Below, one piece after another: positions 25,984-35,700 of a stretch of DNA of 64,000 nucleotides (positions within the stretch are counted from its first letter, which is position 1; each line of letters starts with the position of its first letter). The position numbers and the translations under genes are program-made. The notes under the pieces are model-generated. The model was not told the DNA's origin and did not search any database. It was given only the letters and a program-made list of their open reading frames with translations. Source of the DNA: Methanobacteriota archaeon (GTDB lineage Archaea; Thermoplasmatota; Poseidoniia; Poseidoniales; Poseidoniaceae); assembly GCA_038104845.1 (NCBI GenBank), contig JAYOBJ010000008.1:7788-71787 (forward strand), written 5' to 3'.

Positions 25984-26756
25984 TCGCTCGCCACGACCGA
26001 ACCATCGGCGAGACCAGCGAGGTCGGCCAGGTCGTTTTCATCAAACTCATTGGGGAGGGAGGAAAAGAAAATGTTGGCCAAATCGGCCGAATTGACCGCC
26101 CAATACATCACAGAATCCTCGTTGCTCGAGTGGCCGGGATGATCATCGTCCTCGTGATCCACTGGCGATGTGTAGACCAGGTTCACCAGGCCAAGAAGGT
26201 GGCCCACCTCGTGAACAATCACGCTGTTTTCGACGTCTTCCACCGATGGTCGGCCGAACGGGCCGTCTGCATTCTGAATGGTGTCGCCGAACAGGGCCAC
26301 AGTGGAAGCATCGACCGCTACACCAAGCACCCCATCCTGGTCGTATTCACCTGCTGGGAAGATGAGTTGCCATCGCAACACGCCACCGTCTTGGACCTCG
26401 CCTGACTTGGCAGCCCACGCCTCGGTGCGGACGTCCGTATCGCTCCACGCACCATCATGATCAAAATTGACCGCTTCGAATTCAAGGGTGATTCCGTTGG
26501 GTTTGGCACACACCGATTCAAGGCGCTCAAGCAACATGTCGGTGCTGCTCGTGAGGGGTTTGTAGCCTGCTTCATAGTCGATCTCCACCACCATGGAGGT
26601 GAACCGGTCGTCCTGCAAGCATGCCAGTGTCAGCCCACCGGGGATTCCTTTTCGTTCAGGAACCAAATCGTCAACAGCGCCTCCAAGGCACCCTGCCATC
26701 GGTGCAAAAAACACCAGCAGGACGATGAGGAAGCCTCGCATCCACGCTGAGGGCAT
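25968..26756 (-). CDS. Zinc metalloprotease (HEXXH, metzincin-like), probable lipoprotein
   Basis: ORF 25968..26882 trimmed to ATG (complement of 26754-26756), giving MPSAWMRGFLIVLLVFFAPMAGC (lipobox-like M-A-G-C). The active site is VIVHEVGHLLGLVN..., with a possible Met-turn at EDSVMYW. Confidence 0.7.
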   Translation of the reverse strand: MPSAWMRGFLIVLLVFFAPMAGCLGGAVDDLVPERKGIPGGLTLACLQDDRFTSMVVEIDYEAGYKPLTSSTDMLLERLESVCAKPNGITLEFEAVNFDHDGAWSDTDVRTEAWAAKSGEVQDGGVLRWQLIFPAGEYDQDGVLGVAVDASTVALFGDTIQNADGPFGRPSVEDVENSVIVHEVGHLLGLVNLVYTSPVDHEDDDHPGHSSNEDSVMYWAVNSADLANIFFSSLPNEFDENDLADLAGLADGSVVASDQLWT

Positions 26757-26794
26757 GGCTCCGACCTGCCCTCCCTTGTTTTTCAACCCCGCCC

Positions 26795-27256
26795 TCACCA
26801 GTCCTCGGGAATGGCCAGCGGGGAAAACAGTTGACCGGGACCGTTGGCTTGGGCCAATTGTGTTCTGACCAAATGCTCCCATTGCCGAAGAGCGAGCACC
26901 GCATCGAGCACCGTCACATCGATCTCCACCAGCGTCACGCGAATCAACGTGTCCAGAATGTCCATTCGCTGGGTGTCAACAATGTCCATCACCTTTTCCA
27001 ACGCAAATTGGCTTGTGGATTCGCTGCGTTCAGCATCGAGCGGCCACGGAGCCGCTGCACGCTGCGGCAAGGGCTGACCCACCGATTGAGCGTGTTCCTC
27101 GAGGGTGTTCATGAGCGCGTTCAGATGCTTTTGCAGCACCAAGGCGACTTCCACCACCGGCATGGTCAGTTGATTGATGAGGTTCACCGTTCGCTCCTGA
27201 AGCGTCACGAGACCGGACGTATCGTCAGCGACCCCGGTCAAACGAGCCCACCTCAT
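26795..27256 (-). CDS. Hypothetical cytoplasmic helical protein translationally coupled to the upstream giant ORF
   Basis: ORF 26795..27316 trimmed to ATG (complement of 27254-27256). This ATG overlaps the TGA stop (27253-27255) of the 1,807-aa ORF as ATGA. There is no signal peptide or TM. Confidence 0.55.
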   Translation of the reverse strand: MRWARLTGVADDTSGLVTLQERTVNLINQLTMPVVEVALVLQKHLNALMNTLEEHAQSVGQPLPQRAAAPWPLDAERSESTSQFALEKVMDIVDTQRMDILDTLIRVTLVEIDVTVLDAVLALRQWEHLVRTQLAQANGPGQLFSPLAIPEDW

Positions 27257-30200
27257 TGCGAGCCAAGGGCGTCGATGTACTGCCAGCCGTAGGATGCCCA
27301 CTGTTCTTCCGTCCAACCATCAGGAAGACCGTTCGGCGGCAGGGGAGGGGGCTGCGAGCGATCGATGGCTGGCGCAGGGGGTTGAGCGTTCATGGGAGGC
27401 GGCGGGGGCGAGCCGGCAGCATCGGGTTGAATCGCGGTTGGAGCGATCGCTGGAACGGCTTTTTCCGCGGCCATCTGAGTCATCACGTCCTCCGTCTGGT
27501 CAAGCAACGCCTCTTCGGGAGGCGGTGCCAGCATTCGACGACGCATGACCAGTGCGTACATGCCGAAGGAGACCGACCCCAGGGCAATCAAGAACAGCGT
27601 CACGCTGAACAGGTCATCCGAGAGTTGTTGAGAAAGTGCCTCGCCGTCACGGACCGTGACCTCTTTCACGAGCAGAGAGGGAACCATCTTACGGTCCATT
27701 TCCACGCCGTCAACGAACACCACCACGCGATAAGCAAAGGAATCGCCAGGGTCACCGGATGCGGTGATGGACAAACCTGCTGCGATGGGTTGGCCTGCGA
27801 TGGCGTCAACCGATTGGTTCGCGTCGGTGGCCCAGAAACCGCTTTCTGTCAGCCGCTGAAGGGCAACCACCACTTGACCGTCGCCACCCAGGTTGTTGGC
27901 ACTCACCATCATGGTGGCCGTGGAACCGGCGTATGGACTCGGTGTGTCCCACGACAGCATCGTGGCCTCGTGCTGGAGGTCGATGTTGGGACCCGTCAAC
28001 GACAAGGGCCAAGAGGCGAAGGGCGTCATCATGGTGTTGTCTGCCGTATCGTACGGGTTGCCCGCTTCGTCCGAACCCGAAATCCACACGTCCACGGTGT
28101 AACTGGGCAGCAACGTCGTGGCGCCGGAGTCGGTCAGGTCGAGGACACCGCTCCAGAAGATTTCGGAACCGAAGGCCGTCACATCGGGGAGCAACACGCT
28201 TCCTCGGGAAATCTCCGATTCACCTGCCACCACCCGGTAATGGAGCACAGCGGGTTCGTCCAAATCAAACCCGTTTTCGTCCCGTGTCACCAAACGAACG
28301 TCGAGGTGCTCGGCTTGTCCAATGGGAAGCGGTTGTCCTGCGAGCACGCCGTTCAACGACATGCTATCGATCGTGGGGCGCTCGTTGTCAACAACCAAGC
28401 GCAGACGGGGTTGAATGTCGGATTCATCCAACGCCAGGCCTGGAAGGTCGTCCATGCTGAGTCGCAGATCAAGGCGCCCGGACCGCACGGCTGGCACCAA
28501 CAAATCCACCGAGAATTCACCATCCTCTCGGGTCGAGGTTCGCCAGTTGTTCTCGAAATCACCAAACACGACATCGAACGACCCAGGCGGCGCTGGTGTT
28601 TCCGTTTCGGAAAAGAGCACACGACCCGTGATGCGCAGGGCTTGGCCTGCCCCAATGATGGATTCGAAGTTTTCAGAGGTGTAGTGGTTGACCGAATTGC
28701 GAAGTTCTATGGCGCGAATGTGGCCTTGTTCAGTGTCAAAGCGGAAGTCGTTGTCAAGGCTCCAATGGTTGTCGCCGAGCCCTTCCTCGACCTCGAAACA
28801 AGGTTGGAGTTCACCTTCGTTGCATGGCATGTCGGTGACCTTGATCTTGGGGATGAACGTGCTTTCACCGTTGGTGTCGTACGTCTCCGGGAACATCCAT
28901 GTCAACTGGAATCGAGCTTGGATGATCACAACGCTGTCGTTGTTCGCATCCAGTTCAACCGTTGAATAGAGGTTGGAAACGGCGATGTTGTCGCTTCCGG
29001 ACGTCATCACGGCGCGTGGCTGACCATCGTCGTCGGCTGCAAGGGTAATGAACATTGACGATTCATCGTCATCAAAGTCGCCTCCCAAGGCGACCTGAAC
29101 CGCTTGGATGTCCCGCCACCCGTTGTAATCAGCAAGTTTCACCTGAACCGTGTAGGGGACACCGGGGTGAAGCGGTTCACCGTCGTCGTGACCGAGAATG
29201 GAGGAATTGCCGAGGTCAATGACCGGTTCGAATTCTTGACGGATGAAGTACGTTGACAGGTCGGCGTTCCAGTCGGGTGGTGTCTCACCGGGTCGGAAGC
29301 CACAGGCAACGGTGCTGGTGGGGCACACCGGGCCTCGACCCATGGCGATCTCGTTGTTCTGGCCGTCCTCTCCCGTCACGAAGAACGAAACGCGCTGTCG
29401 GTGGAGGAGCATGGAATCGTCGATGAGCCCTTCGAAAATGTTGAGCCCACCGGCCCGGGTTTCGGGAGAGGAGAGGGTCGTCATCTCGTACTCGTCTTCG
29501 TTGGGAAGTCCGTCGAAATTGTAGTCGTGGCAACCGATGGCCTCACTGGGATTGCAACCGACCCAGTAATGCAGGTTGATTTGACTCGGTGGGTCAACCG
29601 AGTCTTGAATCACGATGGAAAGCGGCTGGCCAGCACCTGCTGAACCGACATGGCGCTCCTCGCCGTCCCTAGGAGTGGCACTGAGAACGAGCGGGGAGTT
29701 GCCATCAAGGATGAGGCGGATGGTGTTGTAGTTGGGATTGGTGAAGGTTGAGCCGTTTTCCATGTTCACGGCTTGAACGTAGAACACCATACCACCCGGT
29801 GCTGATTCAATGGGTGATTGAACCGTGATGTTGAAATCACCAAAAGCAGGGTTGGCTTCCTGATACAACAACAACGGCTCGTCGATCGGGTCACCATCAA
29901 ACGTGACATTTTGGCCCAAAATTTGGAGGTCAAACGTCCCGGAGGGGGGCATGAGTTGAGAATCCTGGAAGTGCATGCTGCCGGTGAAACTCAAATTAAA
30001 ACCGCCTCGCACCCAATCCATCGGGTAGAGTTGGCGACCGGTTTCTTCCCAAACCCGGAGCCCGTCGAGTTGGATGTCGTTCTCGATGATCAAGTCCATG
30101 CCCTCCGTGTTCCAACGGTTCACGGCCACGCCAAGGTCGTCTTCCACGGAGATGATGGCTTCAGTATCGGTCTGGTCGTCCCAACTCCAGTTGACCTTGG

Positions 30201-32676
30201 TGGGCATCCAGATGGAGACCACACCTGCATTGTCCACCATCGAGGTGCAGTTTGCGGTGTCGAAGACCACGATGCCACCTGCGTCATCGATGAGACTGCA
30301 GGAATCGCCCCGCTCCCACGTGAATCCGGGGTCGACACCGTCGGTATGGCTGAGCATCACCGTGGCTTCCGTTACGTAGTCGACATCGTCACCGGGGGCG
30401 ACGCGTGCGATGAGGTTGCGGAAGATCCCGTCCGGTGCGGCCAACCCACCCTCAAATGCAGCGTCGATGGCTCGCGTTTGCATGGCGTAGGTGATGTCAA
30501 TGTTGGAGAGTTTGACGCGCCCAGAACTCGCTGCCTTGATCGCCAACGGGACGTTCACCACACCGTCACCGTTGTCCGGCACGAACGCATTGAACGCATC
30601 GACGAGGGTCGGCGCTCGTTTGACGATGACTCCGACTTCAGAGTCGTCGGTGGCCACCACGCTGGATTCGTTCAGGAAGATCTCGGATTCCCAGTCGTAG
30701 GTCCCGTCTGCACCAACGTCAATCATGGGACGGTCGGGGTACCCTTCCTCGTACTCAAGCACGAAACGATCCACGGTGGGTGTGAGGGTCGGGCTTGTGC
30801 TGGTCATGAGGATGGAATACCGCAAGGTGTTGCCGGCAGCTTCAGTGGAAAAGCTGGTTTCCATCTGATTCTGGGCCTCAAGCCAGGTTGTGCCGTTGTC
30901 GTTGGAAACCATCACTTGCATGGTGGTGCCTGCGGGCACATCGGACGTCCATGTGGGACGAACCTTCCCCACCTTGGTACCGGTGTTGAAATGCGGCGAA
31001 GTCCAGTCGCCACTGGCCGTGTAGGCCGAGGCATGTTCGATGTCCACCCACCAGGACACGGCGGTCGACCCGATGAGTTGGGCCTTCCACACCAGTTCGT
31101 TGCCCGGGAACGCAAAGTGAATGGTCGTGTTGGACGTGACTTGCTCCCAATGGGTGCCGTTATCAGCGGACACCCAGTAGTCCACACGGTCACCAATGGA
31201 CGCTGCTGACCAGTAGGTTTCGACGTTGGCAGCAACGATGTCGTCATCCGTGACCAACACGTCCCCGTACCATGTGGTGGTGCCTGGAGCAGGGGTGGTC
31301 TGGTATTGCCATCCGGTCCCGAACTCTCGGTAATACAGGGTGGTGCCTGACCACGTTGAGTAGCCAGCATCCACCGTGATGAAGCGTTGACCGTCGTACT
31401 GGAGGCCGTAGCCCAAGCGAGAGATCTGCCGAGTCGTGGTTTCAGGGATCAGGGCTTGCGAAGATCCGGAAACCGACCATGCCTCAAGGCTGTCCCGGTC
31501 GTTGTAGTAGTAATCCTTCTGACAGCGCATGTAGAATGTCGAGCCGTTGACTTCCAATCCTCGCAACATTTGTCGGCTGCCGCCGGGATCGGAACCCCCG
31601 CAGTACCACGATGAACCCGATGAGGATGTGTACGTGAAGAAGTCCGTGCTCCGGGTGTAACTGCCGGTGCCATCGCTGGCGAAATCATAGGCATACAACC
31701 GGTTCATGTTGTTGTGGGCAATCCACACTTGATCGGTGGTGCGGTCGTAAGCGATGCCGGTGTATTCGCCAACGGAGGGTGACACATCGTACGAGTCAAT
31801 GCACGTCCACACGTCGTCTCGAGAAACATCCATTTCCATCACACGGTGGTACTGGGTTGGTGCCGAGGAACCGTAGCTGTAGCGGTAACCCGAAAGGATG
31901 CCAAAGAGGCGTTCATCGTCCGTGACCGTCCAGTCCCGGAATCCATAGTAGGCGTAGTAGGAGGAAGAGTGCTTCTGAGGCAGGGTGCATTCGGCTTGGT
32001 CGAGCGTAATGATGGATTCTCGCGTGGCGTTGTTGGGGTACAGTCGGTGAACAACGTTGTGGAAGGAGGACGACGACCAGGTTGAGAGGAACAACCAATC
32101 GTGATGCTTGAGGATGGCACCCTGCGCCTGAGCATTGAAACTGTTTGACGACTTGGTCAATTGCTGAGAAAAGAGGGTCTCGGTGGCGTTGGAGGTGTGC
32201 GGCTGCCGAAGGGCGTAGGAGCCGTTGTCGAGCCACGCGTCCGAGTTAGGGTCGATGTAAGCGTCTTGGCCGTGGGGCAAAAACAGATCACTTGTGCTGT
32301 CCAGCGCGAGGGTCAAGTCACCGCTGCGGTCGTCTGTTCCGCTCGCTTCGCCCGCAACCCAATGCGAGCGGTCATCGGTCACGAGTTGGGACCATCCTGT
32401 CGCAGACGCTCCGGACAGCGTGAGGCTCACATCGGTGATCTCAGCGCCTCGGGGCAGCGAAACTTGCGCCCCTGCATCGGGGTTGGCGCCCTGATAGAGC
32501 GCGATGTATTCGACAGAACCGTCGTGAAATTCGTAGACGTGTCGGGTTCCTGCCGCAGCGTCGGCAGGGGCCATGAGGTTGTCCACCATGGGCGACATGG
32601 GGAGCAGCACCATCAAAGCGACCATGAGAAACAACACGGTCTTTGAAGAACCGCCATGCTGACCGCTACCGAGCAT
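27253..32676 (-). CDS. Giant surface protein (1,807 aa): signal peptide, ectodomain with two Asp-box (BNR) motifs, C-terminal TM and Pro-rich cytoplasmic tail
   Basis: ORF 27253..32814 trimmed to ATG (complement of 32674-32676), giving MLGSGQHGGSSKTVLFLMVALMVLLPMSPM. Asp-boxes are SADNGTHW (~31147-31170) and SNDNGTTW (~30883-30906). The TM is LFSVTLFLIALGSVSFGMYALV followed by MRRR. The tail is ...GSPPPPPMNAQPPAPAIDRSQPPPLPPNGLPDGWTEEQWASYGWQYIDALGSQ. Confidence 0.85.
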   Translation of the reverse strand: MLGSGQHGGSSKTVLFLMVALMVLLPMSPMVDNLMAPADAAAGTRHVYEFHDGSVEYIALYQGANPDAGAQVSLPRGAEITDVSLTLSGASATGWSQLVTDDRSHWVAGEASGTDDRSGDLTLALDSTSDLFLPHGQDAYIDPNSDAWLDNGSYALRQPHTSNATETLFSQQLTKSSNSFNAQAQGAILKHHDWLFLSTWSSSSFHNVVHRLYPNNATRESIITLDQAECTLPQKHSSSYYAYYGFRDWTVTDDERLFGILSGYRYSYGSSAPTQYHRVMEMDVSRDDVWTCIDSYDVSPSVGEYTGIAYDRTTDQVWIAHNNMNRLYAYDFASDGTGSYTRSTDFFTYTSSSGSSWYCGGSDPGGSRQMLRGLEVNGSTFYMRCQKDYYYNDRDSLEAWSVSGSSQALIPETTTRQISRLGYGLQYDGQRFITVDAGYSTWSGTTLYYREFGTGWQYQTTPAPGTTTWYGDVLVTDDDIVAANVETYWSAASIGDRVDYWVSADNGTHWEQVTSNTTIHFAFPGNELVWKAQLIGSTAVSWWVDIEHASAYTASGDWTSPHFNTGTKVGKVRPTWTSDVPAGTTMQVMVSNDNGTTWLEAQNQMETSFSTEAAGNTLRYSILMTSTSPTLTPTVDRFVLEYEEGYPDRPMIDVGADGTYDWESEIFLNESSVVATDDSEVGVIVKRAPTLVDAFNAFVPDNGDGVVNVPLAIKAASSGRVKLSNIDITYAMQTRAIDAAFEGGLAAPDGIFRNLIARVAPGDDVDYVTEATVMLSHTDGVDPGFTWERGDSCSLIDDAGGIVVFDTANCTSMVDNAGVVSIWMPTKVNWSWDDQTDTEAIISVEDDLGVAVNRWNTEGMDLIIENDIQLDGLRVWEETGRQLYPMDWVRGGFNLSFTGSMHFQDSQLMPPSGTFDLQILGQNVTFDGDPIDEPLLLYQEANPAFGDFNITVQSPIESAPGGMVFYVQAVNMENGSTFTNPNYNTIRLILDGNSPLVLSATPRDGEERHVGSAGAGQPLSIVIQDSVDPPSQINLHYWVGCNPSEAIGCHDYNFDGLPNEDEYEMTTLSSPETRAGGLNIFEGLIDDSMLLHRQRVSFFVTGEDGQNNEIAMGRGPVCPTSTVACGFRPGETPPDWNADLSTYFIRQEFEPVIDLGNSSILGHDDGEPLHPGVPYTVQVKLADYNGWRDIQAVQVALGGDFDDDESSMFITLAADDDGQPRAVMTSGSDNIAVSNLYSTVELDANNDSVVIIQARFQLTWMFPETYDTNGESTFIPKIKVTDMPCNEGELQPCFEVEEGLGDNHWSLDNDFRFDTEQGHIRAIELRNSVNHYTSENFESIIGAGQALRITGRVLFSETETPAPPGSFDVVFGDFENNWRTSTREDGEFSVDLLVPAVRSGRLDLRLSMDDLPGLALDESDIQPRLRLVVDNERPTIDSMSLNGVLAGQPLPIGQAEHLDVRLVTRDENGFDLDEPAVLHYRVVAGESEISRGSVLLPDVTAFGSEIFWSGVLDLTDSGATTLLPSYTVDVWISGSDEAGNPYDTADNTMMTPFASWPLSLTGPNIDLQHEATMLSWDTPSPYAGSTATMMVSANNLGGDGQVVVALQRLTESGFWATDANQSVDAIAGQPIAAGLSITASGDPGDSFAYRVVVFVDGVEMDRKMVPSLLVKEVTVRDGEALSQQLSDDLFSVTLFLIALGSVSFGMYALVMRRRMLAPPPEEALLDQTEDVMTQMAAEKAVPAIAPTAIQPDAAGSPPPPPMNAQPPAPAIDRSQPPPLPPNGLPDGWTEEQWASYGWQYIDALGSQ

Positions 32677-32746
32677 GATGGTGCCACGGTCAACATAGAC
32701 TTTGAACCATGCGGTCCAAGTGTCCCTGTTCAGGGTGGCCCAACCG

Positions 32747-35700
32747 TCACGTACTGGTTTGGCGTGAGTCGTACCTGATGGGCGACGAATCACCTCGCAC
32801 ACCGTCTTCCTCATCGTCGCGAACCTCGAACCAATCGTTCATCCAATCGCCGTCGGTGTCCCAGTTCATCGGGTTGCTGCCCTCGGCGAGATGGTCATCA
32901 TCAAAGTCCAGCATGTACCAACCGAATTCATGCTCCCCCACATTCCGAATCGGTGCTGTGTTGGGGGATGAAGCGTAGTAAATCTCCCATTGGTCGGTGC
33001 GGTTGCCGGCCATCACGATCACATCGTCATCAGGGTTCACGGTGAGGAAATCCGTGTCCATGTCGTCCACGATGTACCCGTACTGCCGGTCGAGACCTGC
33101 GTACTTGTCCAGCTTGAGGTAATTCAACACCAATTCATTGGGTTGCCCCAATCCCAACAGGGCTGCACGGAACTGCCAACCCTCGCTCACGGGCGTGCCT
33201 TCATGGGTCAATCCACTCAGTCGCACGGCATTCGGTGAAGCGTATTCGCTGGTGGTGATGGCGTAAAATTCCTGAAAATTCGTGTACGGCTCGTACGTGC
33301 AACCGCCTGCACCGCTGCAGTCCCAGTTCCCGTCCTGGTCGGGGTCCTGGTTCGCATCGGTGGCATCAGCGGGGTCAAGCGTGAACCAGGCCATGGACAC
33401 CTCCGGTCGTCCGAGGGTTCCATCACCGGCGTCCCTTGAAAGCGGCAAACACGAGTTGGTGTCCGTGTCGCACGGGCCACCGGTGGCCACGTCGATCCAG
33501 GTCACTCGGATGGGCAAGTACGAACTGAAGTTGTCGTTGCTCTCGTTCCAAGCCAATTTGTATTCGTACCAATCGGGAAGCATGTCACCGTCCGTGTCGT
33601 TGTCGCTTGGGTTGGAACCGTACTTGAACACCTCACGCCCGTCGGAGTAGTTGAAGTCACGAACGTGCGACTGCACGACACCGGCTGCGACCGTGGTGAT
33701 GAACGTCCGGCTGTCACCATCGCTGTCGTTCAAATCCGGTCGCGTGTTGTTGGCGTGTTCCATGGCATTGGTGAACGGCAGATCGCCCACACCGTTCTGG
33801 ATGACTTGCCCGGAAGGGGTGAACACACGGTTGTCCCACGTGCCTTGTTCGGCAGGAATGTCGAAGCTGGTGCGGTCGTACCAGCCGTCGTGGTCTCCGT
33901 CGTAGTCGACGTCCCATGGGTTGATTGGGTTGGCGGCCCAATGCGACAACGTCGTTGCATCGTTCATCCCAAAGATGGCGTAACAGTACTCCCAACCGTC
34001 CGGAATGCCATCGCTGTCGGAGTCGGCGTGGGTGGGGTCGGACACGCCCCTGAGGCTGCGATTGAAGTTTTCACTGTCGAATTCGTTGATCTTCGTCATG
34101 CGATTCAACGAATCGGTGCCCTTTCGAACGAAATCGTTGTACAACGCCAGTTGGGCTTGGAACGCAGAGTACCCCAAGGTTTCGCTGTAGGCTGCCATGG
34201 CATCCTCTCCGAAATCTACAATCCCAAGGTCGACCGGAACGGTGTTGCGGTTGAGGTATTTCCCCCACGTTCGGGATTCCCATTCGCGCAGGTTGGAGTA
34301 GGTCTCGTTGGCGTCAACGGTGCCGTCTTGGTTGCAATCGTAGCTGTCGCCGTCTGAATCGAGGTTGACATCGTTGTCGATGAGGGGGTTCAGTGCCCAT
34401 CGGTTGGCATCCAAATCCCATGACGTGAACCAGTACTCAAAGCCGTCAAACATGCCGTCGCCGTCTGTATCGGACAGCGTCGGGTCGGTCATGCCCAACA
34501 CCACACTCAGGAATGCGTTGGGGGGCTCGCCTTGCTGCCAGGCGTTGAAATCGCTGAGCAGGCGCTTACCGCGAGTTTCCTTGGAGATGAGGATGTTGAA
34601 AACCCGTTGTGCTTTTTCCGTGGGTTGTTGAAGATCGCCGTCGATGTGAAGCAGCGGTGCGTCGGAAGGGTGGTCATCTCCGTTGTCGGGTTGCGAAACG
34701 GCGATGGCGAATTCCTGCCGGTCCGTAAGGCCGTCTTCGTCTCCGTCAAAATCGCCGTCCCCGGGCACCAACGGATTGAGCGTCCATACGCCAGCCGAAG
34801 CGTTCCAAGCCGTGAACAACAACTCGACACCGTCCAACATACCGTCGCCGTCCGTGTCAACGTTGTTGGGGTCCGATGTTGGACCGGTGAGGTTGTATTG
34901 GTCGCTGGGCACGAATGAACCGAAGGAGTCGGTTGTGGGAATGCCCGGCCATTGCTGGAAGGCGAAGGCTTGACCGATGGTGGTCACGAACCACTGAGGG
35001 GATGAACGGTTGGCGTCGGTTTCACTCGCATCTGGAGCGATGACATTGTATTCCTCCCAGTTGGTCATGCCGTCCTGATCGGCGTCGCCCCAACGGTCCG
35101 TGGCATCGAGCGGGTTGAGGGTCCATGCGTCGTCGAGTTGGTCCCAGCGTGCGAACCAAACCTCCCAACCGTCCGGCATACCATCGTCATCGGAATCGGC
35201 GTTCAGCGGGTCGGCTGCACCCACGCTGTAGGCCGACTGACCGGCCGTAACGGCTCCAGAAGCGCGTTCAGCGAACGTTGCTTCGGGGGCACCCAAGTCA
35301 CCCAACATATCAAAGAGCGAAGTGTTGAATCCGTTGGGAATGGGTTCACCACCCACGGTGGTGTTGCCCATGAACAAATGGTCCCGAATGTGGTATTCCA
35401 GGTAGTTCACGAACGCTTCGTTGGCGGACAGAATGCCGTCGAGGTTGATGTCGTATCCGTCCCCGTCCGGGTTCCCAAAGGCGTCCGAACCGTTCAGGGG
35501 GTTGACGCCTTGTCGTGCTGGGTCCCAGGCGCAGAAACCGCCCGATTCCCATCCGTCGGGGAGGGTGTCGCCGTCCGAATCGATGTTGTTGGGGTCCGCT
35601 GTCGCCCACTGTTGCGCCGATGCTGACGATTCTCCGTGGGACTCATACAGATCACCGTTCGCGGCGATGTCACGTACAATGGACCATTGATATTCGCACA

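Noticed and set aside
27256-31209. Long plus-strand ORFs (27256..28965 at 569 aa, 29818..31209 at 463 aa) antisense to the 1,807-aa giant gene
   Set aside because: Their composition is the Arg/Gly/His/Val-rich pattern typical of shadow frames in GC-rich DNA. They have no recognisable motifs and lie entirely inside a minus-strand ORF with signal peptide, Asp-boxes and TM.
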